From contig CP000068.1 in the NCBI GenBank assembly GCA_000002445.1, forward strand, positions 1,344,001-1,408,000: a stretch of DNA of 64,000 nt. Reading direction: 5' to 3'. The notes under the pieces are model-generated. The model was not told where the DNA came from and did no database searches. It worked only from the letters and a program-made list of their open reading frames with translations. Position numbers and translations under genes: made by a program. Origin of the DNA: Trypanosoma brucei (taxonomy: Eukaryota). Positions 11,294-22,995 of the stretch are shown in pieces. Each line of letters starts with the position of its first letter. Positions within the stretch are counted from its first letter, which is position 1.

Positions 11294-11994
11294 GAACTCT
11301 GTTGCATTTAGCTCCTTTTTTTTTTAATGCGAGACCAGTTACTTATTTGAATAATCAAATCCGGTGTCGCGTATGTACTGGCTGATTTCTTTTTTTTCTT
11401 TTTTGATGTGTTCGTTCGTTTGAGGAATATTGGCGGAGGAACATCGTCAGCAAGTGGTTTGATTACTGTTCCTGCCACTCAATGGTGACAATGCACAGGA
11501 AAAAAAAGAATATGGGAGTGTATGTGCCGGAGTGACTTGGGGAAAATAATGTTAGTTTTTTTTTTAATATTACAGCTACTTTTTTCCACTAAACTTTTGT
11601 CGTGTGGGCTTTAAGGGACCAACGACTGAGGGATTGGATGTCAGCATTTGAAGTGGATTTACATGTTAGGCCTGGCCACGTGTGGGTTTTCAGCATTTTT
11701 CTTTTTTTTCTTTCGTAACATTAAATTGGAGAGAAGGAGAGCGAAGCAAACTCACTCGCTTTATTTGACGTTCCACCGCCATCATGTTTCTTTACTTTCT
11801 GCCGCTCACAGGCTCCTTTAATAGTTGGTGCTAGAGAGTCATCGTGGTCCATGTTCCAGTTCCTAAAATAACTGCACATAAACAATGCAAATCACTTGAA
11901 CCTTTTTTAAAGTATTCGGCGTTAGCTCAAATAAATATGCTCTCACCGCTACCTTAACACATCTGAAGCACTTAATCACATTCCCCGCCGTTTT

Positions 11995-14900
11995 TTTTCC
12001 TCCAGTTATTGCTATAAATGTTGCAATGCCTGTTGGTAGGCGTCAGCGGTATTCCGTTGTTTGAAGATTCTAATGGACTGTTGTGTTCATTTCCCTGCGT
12101 GGAATCGTGTGTTGAGTGCTTCTAACGTTAATACCTCTTTGTATTGTTGCCGCTGCATGCTTTTGAGACTCGCGAGTGATTTGTAACCCGGCATTGTAAT
12201 ACGGTATTTATTGGATGAAATTCTTCTGCAGATGCACTGTTCCATCTTTTTAACCCTTTTCTTCGTGTGTAGCATAAGACTGAAAGCCGTGTTGTTGAGA
12301 CTGTAGGTAGTCGTGTAACTTACTCACCACTGGATCACTTGTCACAGGTAGGCAAATAGTAAGGACAGTGTGGTTGAAGGAAGTTTTCCGTTTTTTTTTT
12401 TTTAAGGTGCGAATAATCGAGTGAAAGCTACTGTGTTCTCGTACATACTTGCACTTGATTGGTGTGCAGGTGCGGTTGTATCTGTTTGGCAGTTGCAGTA
12501 TTTGATCATTTGTTACTGTTAAGTGTTCATAACACTGAGGAAAAGACGGGCGTATCCATATTTGAGTGGCAATGTGTTTTATATTTGGTGTTGAGATGAG
12601 TAACCTAGCAAAGAGGCCAATGAGCCTGAGGAAGCTACCACAGCTTCTTTTGCTCATCATGATTGGTATTGCATTTGTTGCGGTTGAGTGCATTGGAGCT
12701 CCTGTTAAACTTCCCCGACGCGTGGATACTGTTGCCGGTCAATTTGGCGTGGAAGGCGAAACTAATGGATATCCAAATACTACGAGACTTACAGAACCCT
12801 ACGCATTGTGTCGAGGGAGGACAAACGATGAAATTTTAGTGGGGAGTTCCAACAGCTTCCGCAACTACTCTCGCAAAACAAAAGAAACTGGTACATATTT
12901 GAGATACAATGTAGGTGATAGCGTGATTTCAGGGTCCTCTACTATAAACAAACCTCGTAGTTGTGTCCGTCGCGGCTCTGGTAATCACACAATCATTTAC
13001 TTTGTTGACGACCAGAAAGATATTAAATATATTGTAGGGGATGATGTTTCGTCTTTCAGTGTGCCCACAAGCGGTTCCTTGAATGCTGTAGCTGTACATG
13101 AAGGCACTTTATACGTAACAGACCAGAATAACAAATCGGTGTGGAAGTGTGGTTTAGGCGGCGCCGGCAAGCCTCAAAGTTGTGAAGAGAAAAAATTTAC
13201 GAGCGTGACACTCGACGCAAAACCGGAAGGAATTGCCGTGACTTCTAAAGGAATTTTTGTTACCGCACGCGATTCATCTAACAAGGGAGCTTTGTTGTGG
13301 CTGGATATGAGCGGTGGTAACAGAAAGGGAAATGTAAGTGGTGGTTTTGTTGATGTATTCAGCACTGAGTCAGGTGTGTTATATGCAGCCACGGAGAAGG
13401 AATTGTACACCGTCACTGCCACCGACACTTCACTCAGTGTAACATCATTTGCAGGGAAGAATACGAGCCAGTGTTACTTCCCTACCAATGGAGAAGATAT
13501 TGTATTATGTGACAACTCACGACTGCTCGTCATTGAAGAATATGAGATGTATGTGACTTCGAAGGCCAAGCACACTATGCGTGCCTTAACTCTCCCTCCA
13601 GTCAACTTAACCGCCATCTTCCGTGGGCGACCAGCACCTGTAGGTTACCCCAACACAACAATTATGGAGCAGTTTGTGGCAAGTCTTACGGAGGATGTAA
13701 ATAAAGCACTCGGTACCAATGATAGCTATGTGGACCCCGATTCTGTGAGGGTGGATCCCGATACATGGGAAACGAATTTCACTGTTTTTGTTCAGCAAAC
13801 GCGTTTTGACAATACGACGGAGGAGAAATTACGGAGTCTGACATACACACAAACGGATAAGACTGTTGACGAGTATTACGGTCTTACTGATGAGTATGTG
13901 TACATTGATACCGTCCTTGTGCCATTCTGTGACGATGCAAGCCTTGTCACTATCCAGCGTGCGTTGGCGCGTGAAGCTGGACGTGCACTGAATTTCTCTT
14001 TGGTATACGCTGACAAGCCCATAACCTTTGGTAGTGACGTTGCGGAGAATGTCACTGCAGTAAAGCTTTTGATGCCTCATTCATTCAAGAACGCAACGAC
14101 ACCTAAGCAGCTATCGGCTGCGAACCTCACTGACTTTGCGCACAACTTGGTCAAGGACTTGCGTGCTTCAGACACTCGTGTCGATATCACATTCCCCGAT
14201 CCCCCGTTTAATTTTTCAGCTGTTGTCCCTGAACGTGAGCAGGAAGTACGTTGGTTTGTCCATGGGAAAGTAATGAAGCAGCTTGAGATTTGTGAGAGAC
14301 TTGGTAGCCAGGGCGATGCGGCCGTTATTGCAGCTGCAGCTGATGCGACTGCTCGAGGTAAGGCCAATGTCACATTGAATACCAGCGGAGTCAAGGCAAA
14401 TGATACAGGGGTTGGTCCCAACACCACAAATACCGCTGGTGGGGCCAATACTACTGCTAATGTTGCCGCTAATGGCACTGCCAATGTTATTGTGAATCCC
14501 TCCACCAATGCTACTCCAACTGGAACCACCAATGCTAGTGTCACTAATACTACCGAGAGAGCTGTTCCTGTTGTTGCCCCTACTCAACCTTCTAATGGAT
14601 ATGCGGAGTGTCGATCCGCTATAACCAACCGCACGGAAACACAGAACATGGAACCACCTTACGACAGGAAACACCGATATGAGGTATTCCTACCTAAAAA
14701 GTATGACTTCAATGTGTCATGGTGCGTGGACATCATTGACTGGCGTGACTTGGACGAGATGTTGAATAACCGCACAGATGAGGTGGTGGAAAAGTCCCTT
14801 TCATGGTGCGGCCACGGTTGCATTATTGCGTTTGCGGTGGTAGGTTCCCTGATTGCTGCGTGTCTAGTGGTGCTGGCTGTGGTGTTGACATCGAAGAGGA

Positions 14901-15925
14901 GGCGTCTTGCTGCTGTGGTTGCTCCACCGCGCCCAAAGTTTGTATCAACAGTGGAAGATGATGATGAAGATCGTGTATCAAACATCGGTGTGCCACTGAC
15001 CGATGGGAAGGGAACCACCGCACCGTAAGTCACGTACGTTGTAGCTGTATGTGTAACATCACATTCCTTGTGTTTGTGTGGTGTGTTTGCATGCATAGAA
15101 TATAATCGGACTAGAAAACACTTTATTTGAGCGTACCCCTGTCCTTGAGTGACACTCTCAGGGGGATGACGCTGCTTAACATTGTGGAGAGGGAGAGACA
15201 CAACAGAGAGTAGAGTAATATGTTTGTGTGCAAGAGATAATAGAAAGGAGGAGGGGTGGTGTGACTCTGTGTCTTGCTTATGTTATTACCTTCCCTCACT
15301 GTTCCCCCCCACACACACATACACACGTACCGGAATCCGTAATATACACGGTATTTGTAGGGGCTGTCCTTTTATTTTCTCTTCCATTGTTTGCTTTGCA
15401 TGTCCCTCACAGTTGTGGTAGAATGAGTGCTCGCACCTGGTGTGTGAGTGTGGGAAGGTTTCATGCACGAGTGTGTATCACTAAAAATGCGGTCAGTAGA
15501 TAACAAAGTGTGTGTTAATCACCTTGTGTGAGTATTTAAATCATATTTGACTCCACCGGGTCTGTGCTTGCTTCTTTCTCTTTGTTTTGATTAACTGGGA
15601 CGCGTTTGACCTTTTTGCAGTGTGCGTTTATATCTGCTGTGCCCGGCATATGGCACACCTTTCTTTCACTACGCTATGTGTTCTGAAGCCCCATTACTCT
15701 CTTTCCGCGAGTACCCCAATTGCATATACTCCTCTTCACTGCTTCCCTCTTTTTTTGTTTAATTTATCTTTTCTTAATTACGTAACTTCTGGTAGTGTCA
15801 GTAATATTCAGACAGTTGAGAGAGAGAGGGGGGGGGGTGGTGAGTTTACCAACCAAGTAAGCCAGCGGTCAGCCCCTTCTGAGGCCCGTGTGGAGTTGCC
15901 TGATGTTTCCATGCACGCATAAGAG
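11995..15925 (+). repeat. Tandem duplication unit A (~3.9 kb; paralogous to 19060..22995): one ~820-aa glycoprotein gene with 5' and 3' flanks
   Basis: Flanks are near-identical, e.g. 'ttcctccagttattgctataaatgttgcaatgcctgttgg' at the left end and '...tccatgcacgcataagaggcagg' at the right end. An internal ~0.8 kb patch has diverged. Confidence 0.85.
12566..15028 (+). CDS. Heavily N-glycosylated type-I membrane glycoprotein, copy A; beta-propeller-like N-terminal domain; family unassigned
   Basis: 820-aa ORF. The signal peptide is probably used from the internal Met (MSLRKLPQLLLLIMIGIAFVAVECIGA). YVTD / FVTARD / LYAATEKELYTVTAT blade-like repeats are present. There are more than 30 NxS/T sequons, including an NTT/NAT-rich stalk. 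The C-terminal TM is IIAFAVVGSLIAACLVVLAVVL, followed by a KRRR stop-transfer and a 45-aa acidic tail. Confidence 0.8.
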   Translation: MAMCFIFGVEMSNLAKRPMSLRKLPQLLLLIMIGIAFVAVECIGAPVKLPRRVDTVAGQFGVEGETNGYPNTTRLTEPYALCRGRTNDEILVGSSNSFRNYSRKTKETGTYLRYNVGDSVISGSSTINKPRSCVRRGSGNHTIIYFVDDQKDIKYIVGDDVSSFSVPTSGSLNAVAVHEGTLYVTDQNNKSVWKCGLGGAGKPQSCEEKKFTSVTLDAKPEGIAVTSKGIFVTARDSSNKGALLWLDMSGGNRKGNVSGGFVDVFSTESGVLYAATEKELYTVTATDTSLSVTSFAGKNTSQCYFPTNGEDIVLCDNSRLLVIEEYEMYVTSKAKHTMRALTLPPVNLTAIFRGRPAPVGYPNTTIMEQFVASLTEDVNKALGTNDSYVDPDSVRVDPDTWETNFTVFVQQTRFDNTTEEKLRSLTYTQTDKTVDEYYGLTDEYVYIDTVLVPFCDDASLVTIQRALAREAGRALNFSLVYADKPITFGSDVAENVTAVKLLMPHSFKNATTPKQLSAANLTDFAHNLVKDLRASDTRVDITFPDPPFNFSAVVPEREQEVRWFVHGKVMKQLEICERLGSQGDAAVIAAAADATARGKANVTLNTSGVKANDTGVGPNTTNTAGGANTTANVAANGTANVIVNPSTNATPTGTTNASVTNTTERAVPVVAPTQPSNGYAECRSAITNRTETQNMEPPYDRKHRYEVFLPKKYDFNVSWCVDIIDWRDLDEMLNNRTDEVVEKSLSWCGHGCIIAFAVVGSLIAACLVVLAVVLTSKRRRLAAVVAPPRPKFVSTVEDDDEDRVSNIGVPLTDGKGTTAP

Positions 15926-16153
15926 GCAGGTAATTTTCCTCGTGACCTTTTTTTTTATGCTGTCTATCTGTCAACTTGTTTCTAATGCTGCTGGAAATAA
16001 TATTTCCTATTTAAAATAGGTGAAGGTTTACGTGCCCGCATAGGTGCACCTGTATGTGTTTTATGAGGTTATATTGTAGTTATGTCAAATATTGTGATCG
16101 TAACTTATATTATTTTCGTCCATTCTAAATGGTTGTGATGGATTTTTCTTTTC

Positions 16154-16495
16154 GTGCTTCTTCATTTGTTAATTAAAAGTGAAAAGATGACGGACACGTT
16201 TGAAGGTATTTTAAAAGAAATCCACAGTCTTGAGGAGATGAACGACATGTACTCCTACCAAATTGCCTCTCTGATGGTGGAGGTTAAGGAGAATGGAGGG
16301 GACACTAAAAAGGAAGAGGAAGTGCTTGAATTAAAGCGTCGGCTGAGCGAGAACCTGAAATGTGTCAGTGAACTTGATGTCCTCTTTTATAAATACCCCT
16401 GGAAGAAATATGCGCACCTTCGGAGGAAGTCCCATTCGGCATCGTCTGGGGGGGGGGCAGTCATAAATTTTCCTGACCAGGGGAAAACCCCCTAA
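16154..16495 (+). CDS. Hypothetical small charged/coiled-coil-like protein (113 aa)
   Basis: An ORF in the unique spacer between the two glycoprotein copies. It is E/K-rich (KKEEEVLELKRRLSENLK) and ends beside a G10 tract. There is no homology support. Confidence 0.25.
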   Translation: MLLHLLIKSEKMTDTFEGILKEIHSLEEMNDMYSYQIASLMVEVKENGGDTKKEEEVLELKRRLSENLKCVSELDVLFYKYPWKKYAHLRRKSHSASSGGGAVINFPDQGKTP

Positions 16496-17548
16496 TGAAT
16501 TGGTAACGGAAACTCGTAGAATGTGCTATTGGGGTGACTGAACTAACTCCATCATGTACTGGGTATTTTCCCAATTTTCTGAGCATGCGTATGTGAGTGT
16601 ATAATGCGGCGGGTGATACACGCCGTCGGAATAGCGCAAGTGGCTGCTTAATAATTAAGGCAGCCCAAGGCCTGCGTGGTTTTCCGCATTTTATATTTAT
16701 TTTTGTGATGTGCATCTTATGGCTATGCAAAATAATGATGAAACCTTATTGATTGGCTATTTAACTCCTCTCTTTTACTTCCTTTCCCGCCCGATAGAAT
16801 GCGTTACTTCCATCGCTTTAACCACGTAATAACTTTTGTTTTCCCTGATTTCCTTTATAGTTACTTTGGTTGTTTCCCGGTCTCGGTGCTGATCAACTTA
16901 TTTAAATTATCCTTGTTATTTTCATTTTGAATATTGGTGTTTCTATTATATCTTGGTTGACTACGAACAGATCCACCCTTTTTTCTTTTTTGCTTTAATG
17001 TAACTGAACAGTTATCTCATGAGAAATTTGTATCAGCTACGTTAGCGCCAGTAATTTTGAGCAAGCGTCCCATAATAACAGTAGTGAGGCCTTTTAAACC
17101 GGCATCACCAAGAAATGGGTTATGGAGGGTAATTTAAAGTTGTTGGCCCTCCGCGCTGATCTGGAAGCGGGACGATACGCATCGGGTGAGGCACGAAGCT
17201 GTTAATTAATGAAAGAGGAACTGGAAATATCTCAGAAGTTATGCCAAGCGTTACGGCTCGGGGGTGTCTTCGGTTGCCTGGGGGCAGGGAAAAGCACTAC
17301 TTAGTCATGGAGTTGCCGCTACAAACTGCGGTGCATACGTATGTTGTTTTGAGTGTGGCATGCTTCTTACAAAGCACTGGAGTGCGGAGTATTATTAGTT
17401 CGGGAGTTGTGTGGACAGGTCGTGCGGTGAATAGGGGCATGAAGGGATAGTGCAATAGTGTGGGTTTGTGTGTCATCGTGCAGCCGAAGTTAATATGCCA
17501 CTGCTCTCGCATCTTCGCACATTTACGTGTTTCGTGACATGATTGATA

Positions 17549-17570
17549 TGTGTGTGTGTGTGTGTGTGTG
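17549..17570. repeat. (TG)n microsatellite
   Basis: atgtgtgtgtgtgtgtgtgtgtgcc read directly in the sequence. Confidence 0.9.
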
Positions 17571-19059
17571 CCGAGGGAGGTGGTCATTTGGCATACCACA
17601 TTTTCGGGAGTAATGTACCCTCGGCGATGTAGTGTAAATCTTTGACAACTTAGTTAACACTGGCAGTGAAGTGGAATCAGCATCACTTGCAGTTGCCCAG
17701 AGGTGTGTTGAGCCATCACGGGAACGTGTATATACCGATTTACAGAGATTGATCATTTTACATGGAAGAGCACTGTAATGTACAGTTTCCAAAATACTGC
17801 TATGTGAATGCAAGCCGCGGCCGCGGGTGGCGTTCGTATCTCCTGAAGAGTGACTGAGTGTTTAAAGATCATAGTTCCTGATGCATGATCACCTCAATAT
17901 GAAACTATTAGGCACGCTCCGTAGTTTTCCCTACGGACCTCCCCGTGCGTTGATGCTCATTAGCCGGAGCGGCACCCTCTGTGAGCTGCATTTAGTGTGC
18001 CATGGTGATAACTCACACTGTCAATGCACAATACGTGCGGATATGTGGGGACGGCCGCCTACTTTGAGTGGCAGCGCAGTTCTCTCTTTTCGTACCCACA
18101 GTGTGACTGAGACAGCGGCAATGAACCATTTTGGCACGTTGCATAAGACACCCGTTAGTTTGCCGTGCTGATACAGAAATGGGGTAAGGGTTTATGGCTT
18201 CCACATTTCAGGTATTACCGATGGTCCCAAGGAACACTTATGCAGTTTGCACCTGGGAACGGTAGTCACATACTGGCAACCTTTTTAACAGTCATATCGC
18301 GGAACCGTGCTTTAATGTCGTGCATCTTTAATTCATTAAATATTTAGCAGGAAGATGGCATAAATAGGTAGAAGGAAGACTATCGGCATTGTCACTTGGG
18401 TACGCTGGAATGTCGATTTTGTCTCTTACGGAACGATGGCTAGGGTCAAATCTGTATGACGGCCCTTTCCCCTTTGTGCCTTAGGACTCGGTTGGTGGTT
18501 ATGTGTGTTTGCATGCCGGTTCCCACTGCTGGTGCCGGAGAGCGTTATCGCAGTAAGTCGAATTATGCGTACCAAAGACTATCGCGTTTTGGTTTGCTTC
18601 ACCATATCCGGAAGCAGGAAGTTTGTGTTGACTGCATCCATGGGGAGGGGGACGGTAATTATGTAGTTGCGGTTGACATACGGCTGAGGGGCAGTATTTG
18701 GAAATATGGATGTATCGACGCGGTCATTGCCTACGCTTTGGTGGTTTATTTACAGTCATGTGCCACTGACCGCGGTAAGTTTGTTGGGCTTTCATTATAG
18801 CCGCATTGTGTCCTTCCCGTCACAGCATAACATCAGATTTTCCAAAAGGGGTTCCCTGCTGTGTGTTAAGGCCGCGCATGTGAGAAACATGATACGAGCT
18901 GGCATCAATCTATTTATTATGAACATTTCGCATTTGAACGCGGTGGACACAATCGCCGCCCCCGTTACTGTGTTACGCAGCATTAGCATCACTTCTTAAT
19001 TTCGGGCCTCCCATGGCGACTTTTTTACATTTACGAGCAGCACCGGAAGCTATGGAAAC

Positions 19060-22000
19060 ATTTTCCTCCAGTTATTGCTATAAATGTTGCAATGCCTGTT
19101 GGTAGGCGTCAGCGGTATTCCGTTGTTTGAAGATTCTAATGGACTGTTGTGTTCATTTCCCTAGCGTGGAATCGTGTGTTGAGTGCTTCTAACGTTAATA
19201 CCTCTTTGTATTGTTGCCGCTGCATGCTTTTGAGACTCGCGAGTGATTTGTAACCCGGTATTGTAATACGGTATTTACTGGATGAAATTCTTCTGCAGAT
19301 GCACTGTTCCATCTTTTTAACCCTTTTCTTCGTGTGTAGCATAAGACTCAAAGCCGTGTTGTTGAGACTGTAGGTAGTCGTGTAACTTACTCACCACTGG
19401 ATCACTTGTCACAGGTAGGCAAATAGTAAGGACAGTGTGGTTGAAGGAAGTTTTCCGTTTTTTTTTTTTTAAGGTGCGAATAATCGAGTGAAAGCTACTG
19501 TGTTCTCGTACATACTTGCACTTGATTGGTGTGCAGGTGCGGTTGTATCTGTTTGGCAGTTGCAGTATTTGATCATTTGTTACTGTTAAGTGTTCATAAC
19601 ACTGAGGAAAAGACGGGCGTATCCATATTTGACTGGCAATGTGTTTTATATTTGGTGTTGAGATGAGTAACCTAGCAAAGAGGCCAATGAGCCTGAGGAA
19701 GCTACCACAGCTTCTTTTGCTCATCATGATTGGTATTGCATTTGTTGCGGTTGAGTGCATCGGAGCTCCTGTTAAACTTCCCCGACGCGTGGATACTGTT
19801 GCCGGTCAATTTGGCTTTGATGGAACCACTGATGGGAGTTCGAATGTTTCAATGCTTTCGTCACCCTACGCATTGTGTCGAGGGAGGACAAACGATGAAA
19901 TTTTAGTGGGGAGTTCCAACAGCTTCCGCAACTACTCTCGCAAAACAAAAGAAACTGGTACGTTCCTCAGGGGTGGCCCAACTGGAGGACTCGTCTCCGC
20001 AGACGCTAAAATTAGCAAGCCACGTAGTTGTGTCCGTCGCGGCTCTGGTAATCACACAATCATTTACTTTGTTGACGATCAAAATGGTCTGAAATATATA
20101 AATGACAACGAAATTCAGCACGTTACTGTAGGGAATGGTCTTTCGTTAACTTCCGTCGCTATTTATGAGAAAGATTTATACGTAACAGACCAGAATAACA
20201 AATCGGTGTGGAGGTGTAATGTCGGCGGTGCCGGCAAGCCTCAAAATTGTGAAGAGAAAAAATTCACGGGCCTGACGTTTACTGCAAAACCGGAAGGAAT
20301 TGCCGTGACTTCTAAAGGAATTTTTGTTGCCGCACGCGATTCATCTAACAAGGGAGCTTTGTTGTGGCTGGATATGAATGGTGGTGGCTCAAAGGGAAAT
20401 GTAAGTGGTGGTTTTGTTGATGTATTCAGCACTGAGTCAGGTATGTTATATGCAGCCACGGAGAAGGAATTGTACACCGTCACTGCCACCGGCTCTGCAT
20501 TCAGCGTAACATCATTTGCAGGGAAGAATACGAGCTCATGTTACTCTCATGCCAATGGAGAAGATATTGTATTATGTGACAACTCGCGACTGCTCGTTAT
20601 TGAAGAATATGAGATGTACGTGACTTCGAAGGAGAAGCATACTATGCGTGCCTTAACTCTCCCTCCAGTCAACTTAACCGCCATCTTCCGTGGGCGACCA
20701 GCACCTGTAGGTTACCCCAACACAACAATTATGGAGCAGTTTGTGGCAAGTCTTACGGAGGATGTAAATAAAGCACTCGGTACCAATGATAGCTATGTGG
20801 ACCCCGATTCTGTGAGGGTGGATCCCGATACATGGGAAACGAATTTCACTGTTTTTGTTCAGCAAACGCGTTTTGACAATACGACGGAGGAGAAATTACG
20901 GAGTCTGACATACACACAAACGGATAAGACTGTTGACGAGTATTACGGTCTTACTGATGAGTATGTGTACATTGATACCGTCCTTGTGCCATTCTGTGAC
21001 GATGCAAGCCTTGTCACCATCCAGCGTGCGTTGGCGCGTGAAGCTGGACGTGCACTGAATTTCTCTTTGATATACGCTGACAAGCCCATAACCTTTGGTA
21101 GTGACGTTGCGGAGAATGTCACTGCAGTAAAGCTTTTGATGCCTCATTCATTCAAGAACGCAACGACACCTAAGCAGCTATCGGCTGCGAACCTCACTGA
21201 CTTTGCGCACAACTTGGTCAAGGACTTGCGTGCTTCAGACACTCGTGTCGATATCACATTCCCCGATCCCCCGTTTAATTTTTCAGCTGTTGTCCCTGAA
21301 CGTGAGCAGGAAGTACGTTGGTTTGTCCATGGGAAAGTAATGAAGCAGCTTGAGATTTGTGAGAGACTTGGTAGCCAGGGCGATGCGGCCGTTATTGCAG
21401 CTGCAGCTGCTGCGACTGCTCGAGGTAAGGCCAATGTCACATTGAATACCAGCGGAGTCAAGGCAAATGATACAGGGGTTGGTCCCAACACCACAAATAC
21501 CGCTGGTGGGGCCAATACTACTGCTAATGTTGTCGCTAATGGCACTGCCAATGTTATTGTGAATCCCTCCACCAATGCTACTCCAACTGGAACCACCAAT
21601 GCTAGTGTCACTAATACTACCGAGAGAGCTGTTCCTGTTGTTGCCCCTACTCAGCCTTCTAATGGATATGCGGAGTGTCGATCCGCTATAACCAACCGCA
21701 CGGAAACACAGAACATGGAACCACCTTACGACAGGAAACACCGATATGAGGTATTCCTACCTAAAAAGTATGACTTCAATGTGTCATGGTGCGTGGACAT
21801 CATTGACTGGCGTGACTTGGACGAGATGTTGAATAACCGCACAGATGAGGTGGTGGAAAAGTCCCTTTCATGGTGCGGCCACGGTTGCATTATTGCGTTT
21901 GCGGTGGTAGGTTCCCTGATTGCTGCGTGTCTAGTGGTGCTGGCTGTGGTGTTGACATCGAAGAGGAGGCGTCTTGCTGCTGTGGTTGCTCCACCGCGCC

Positions 22001-22995
22001 CAAAGTTTGTATCAACAGTGGAAGATGATGAAGAAGATCGTGTATCAAACATCGGTGTGCCACTGACCGATGGGAAGGGAACCACCGCACCGTAAGTCAC
22101 GTGCGTTGTAGCTGTATGTGTAACATCACATTCCTTGTGTTTGTGTGGTGTGTTTGCATGCATAGAATATAATCGGACTAGAAAACACTTTATTTGAGCG
22201 TACCCCTGTCCTTGAGTGACACTCTCAGGGGATGACGCTGCTTAACATTGTGGAGAGGAAGAGACACAACAGAGAGTAGAGTAATATGTTTGTGTGCAAG
22301 AGATAATAGAAAGGAGGGGGGGGGGTGGTGTGACTCTGTGTCTTGCTTATGTTATTACCTTCCCTCACTGTTTCCCCCCCCCCCACATACACACGTACCG
22401 GAATCCGTAATATACACGGTATTTGTAGGGGCTGTCCTTTTATTTTCTCTTCCATTGTTTGCTTTGCATGTCCCTCACAGTTGTGGTAGAATGAGTGCTC
22501 GCACCTGGTGTGTGAGTGTGGGAAGGTTTCATGCACGAGTGTGTATCACTAAAAATGCGGTCAGTAGATAACAAAGTGTGTGTTAATCACCTTGTGTGAG
22601 TATTTAAATCATATTTGACTCCACCGGGTCTGTGCTTGCTTCTTTCTCTTTGTTTTGATTAACTGGGACGCGTTTGACCCTTTTGCGGTGTGCGTTTATA
22701 TCTGCTGTGCCCGGCATATGGCACACCTTTCTTTCACTACGCTATGTGTTCTGAAGCCCCATTACTCTCTTTCCGCGAGTACCCCAATTGCATATACTCC
22801 TCTTCACTGCTTCCCTCTTTTTTTTGTTTAATTTATCTTTTCTTAATTACGTAACTTCTGGTAGTGTCAGTAATATTCAGACAGTTGAGAGAGGGGGGGG
22901 GGGAGGAGTTTACCAACCAAGTAAGCCAGCGGTCAGCCCCTTCTGAGACCCGTGTGGAGTTTCCTGATGTTTCCATGCACGCATAAGAGGCAGGC
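19060..22995 (+). repeat. Tandem duplication unit B (paralog of 11995..15925)
   Basis: See unit A. The offset between units is ~7067 bp. Homopolymer G/C tracts differ in length between the two units. Confidence 0.85.
19639..22095 (+). CDS. Heavily N-glycosylated type-I membrane glycoprotein, copy B
   Basis: 818-aa ORF. It is more than 98% identical to copy A over the C-terminal ~490 aa. Between roughly aa 58 and 335 it differs from copy A in patches. Confidence 0.8.
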   Translation: MCFIFGVEMSNLAKRPMSLRKLPQLLLLIMIGIAFVAVECIGAPVKLPRRVDTVAGQFGFDGTTDGSSNVSMLSSPYALCRGRTNDEILVGSSNSFRNYSRKTKETGTFLRGGPTGGLVSADAKISKPRSCVRRGSGNHTIIYFVDDQNGLKYINDNEIQHVTVGNGLSLTSVAIYEKDLYVTDQNNKSVWRCNVGGAGKPQNCEEKKFTGLTFTAKPEGIAVTSKGIFVAARDSSNKGALLWLDMNGGGSKGNVSGGFVDVFSTESGMLYAATEKELYTVTATGSAFSVTSFAGKNTSSCYSHANGEDIVLCDNSRLLVIEEYEMYVTSKEKHTMRALTLPPVNLTAIFRGRPAPVGYPNTTIMEQFVASLTEDVNKALGTNDSYVDPDSVRVDPDTWETNFTVFVQQTRFDNTTEEKLRSLTYTQTDKTVDEYYGLTDEYVYIDTVLVPFCDDASLVTIQRALAREAGRALNFSLIYADKPITFGSDVAENVTAVKLLMPHSFKNATTPKQLSAANLTDFAHNLVKDLRASDTRVDITFPDPPFNFSAVVPEREQEVRWFVHGKVMKQLEICERLGSQGDAAVIAAAAAATARGKANVTLNTSGVKANDTGVGPNTTNTAGGANTTANVVANGTANVIVNPSTNATPTGTTNASVTNTTERAVPVVAPTQPSNGYAECRSAITNRTETQNMEPPYDRKHRYEVFLPKKYDFNVSWCVDIIDWRDLDEMLNNRTDEVVEKSLSWCGHGCIIAFAVVGSLIAACLVVLAVVLTSKRRRLAAVVAPPRPKFVSTVEDDEEDRVSNIGVPLTDGKGTTAP

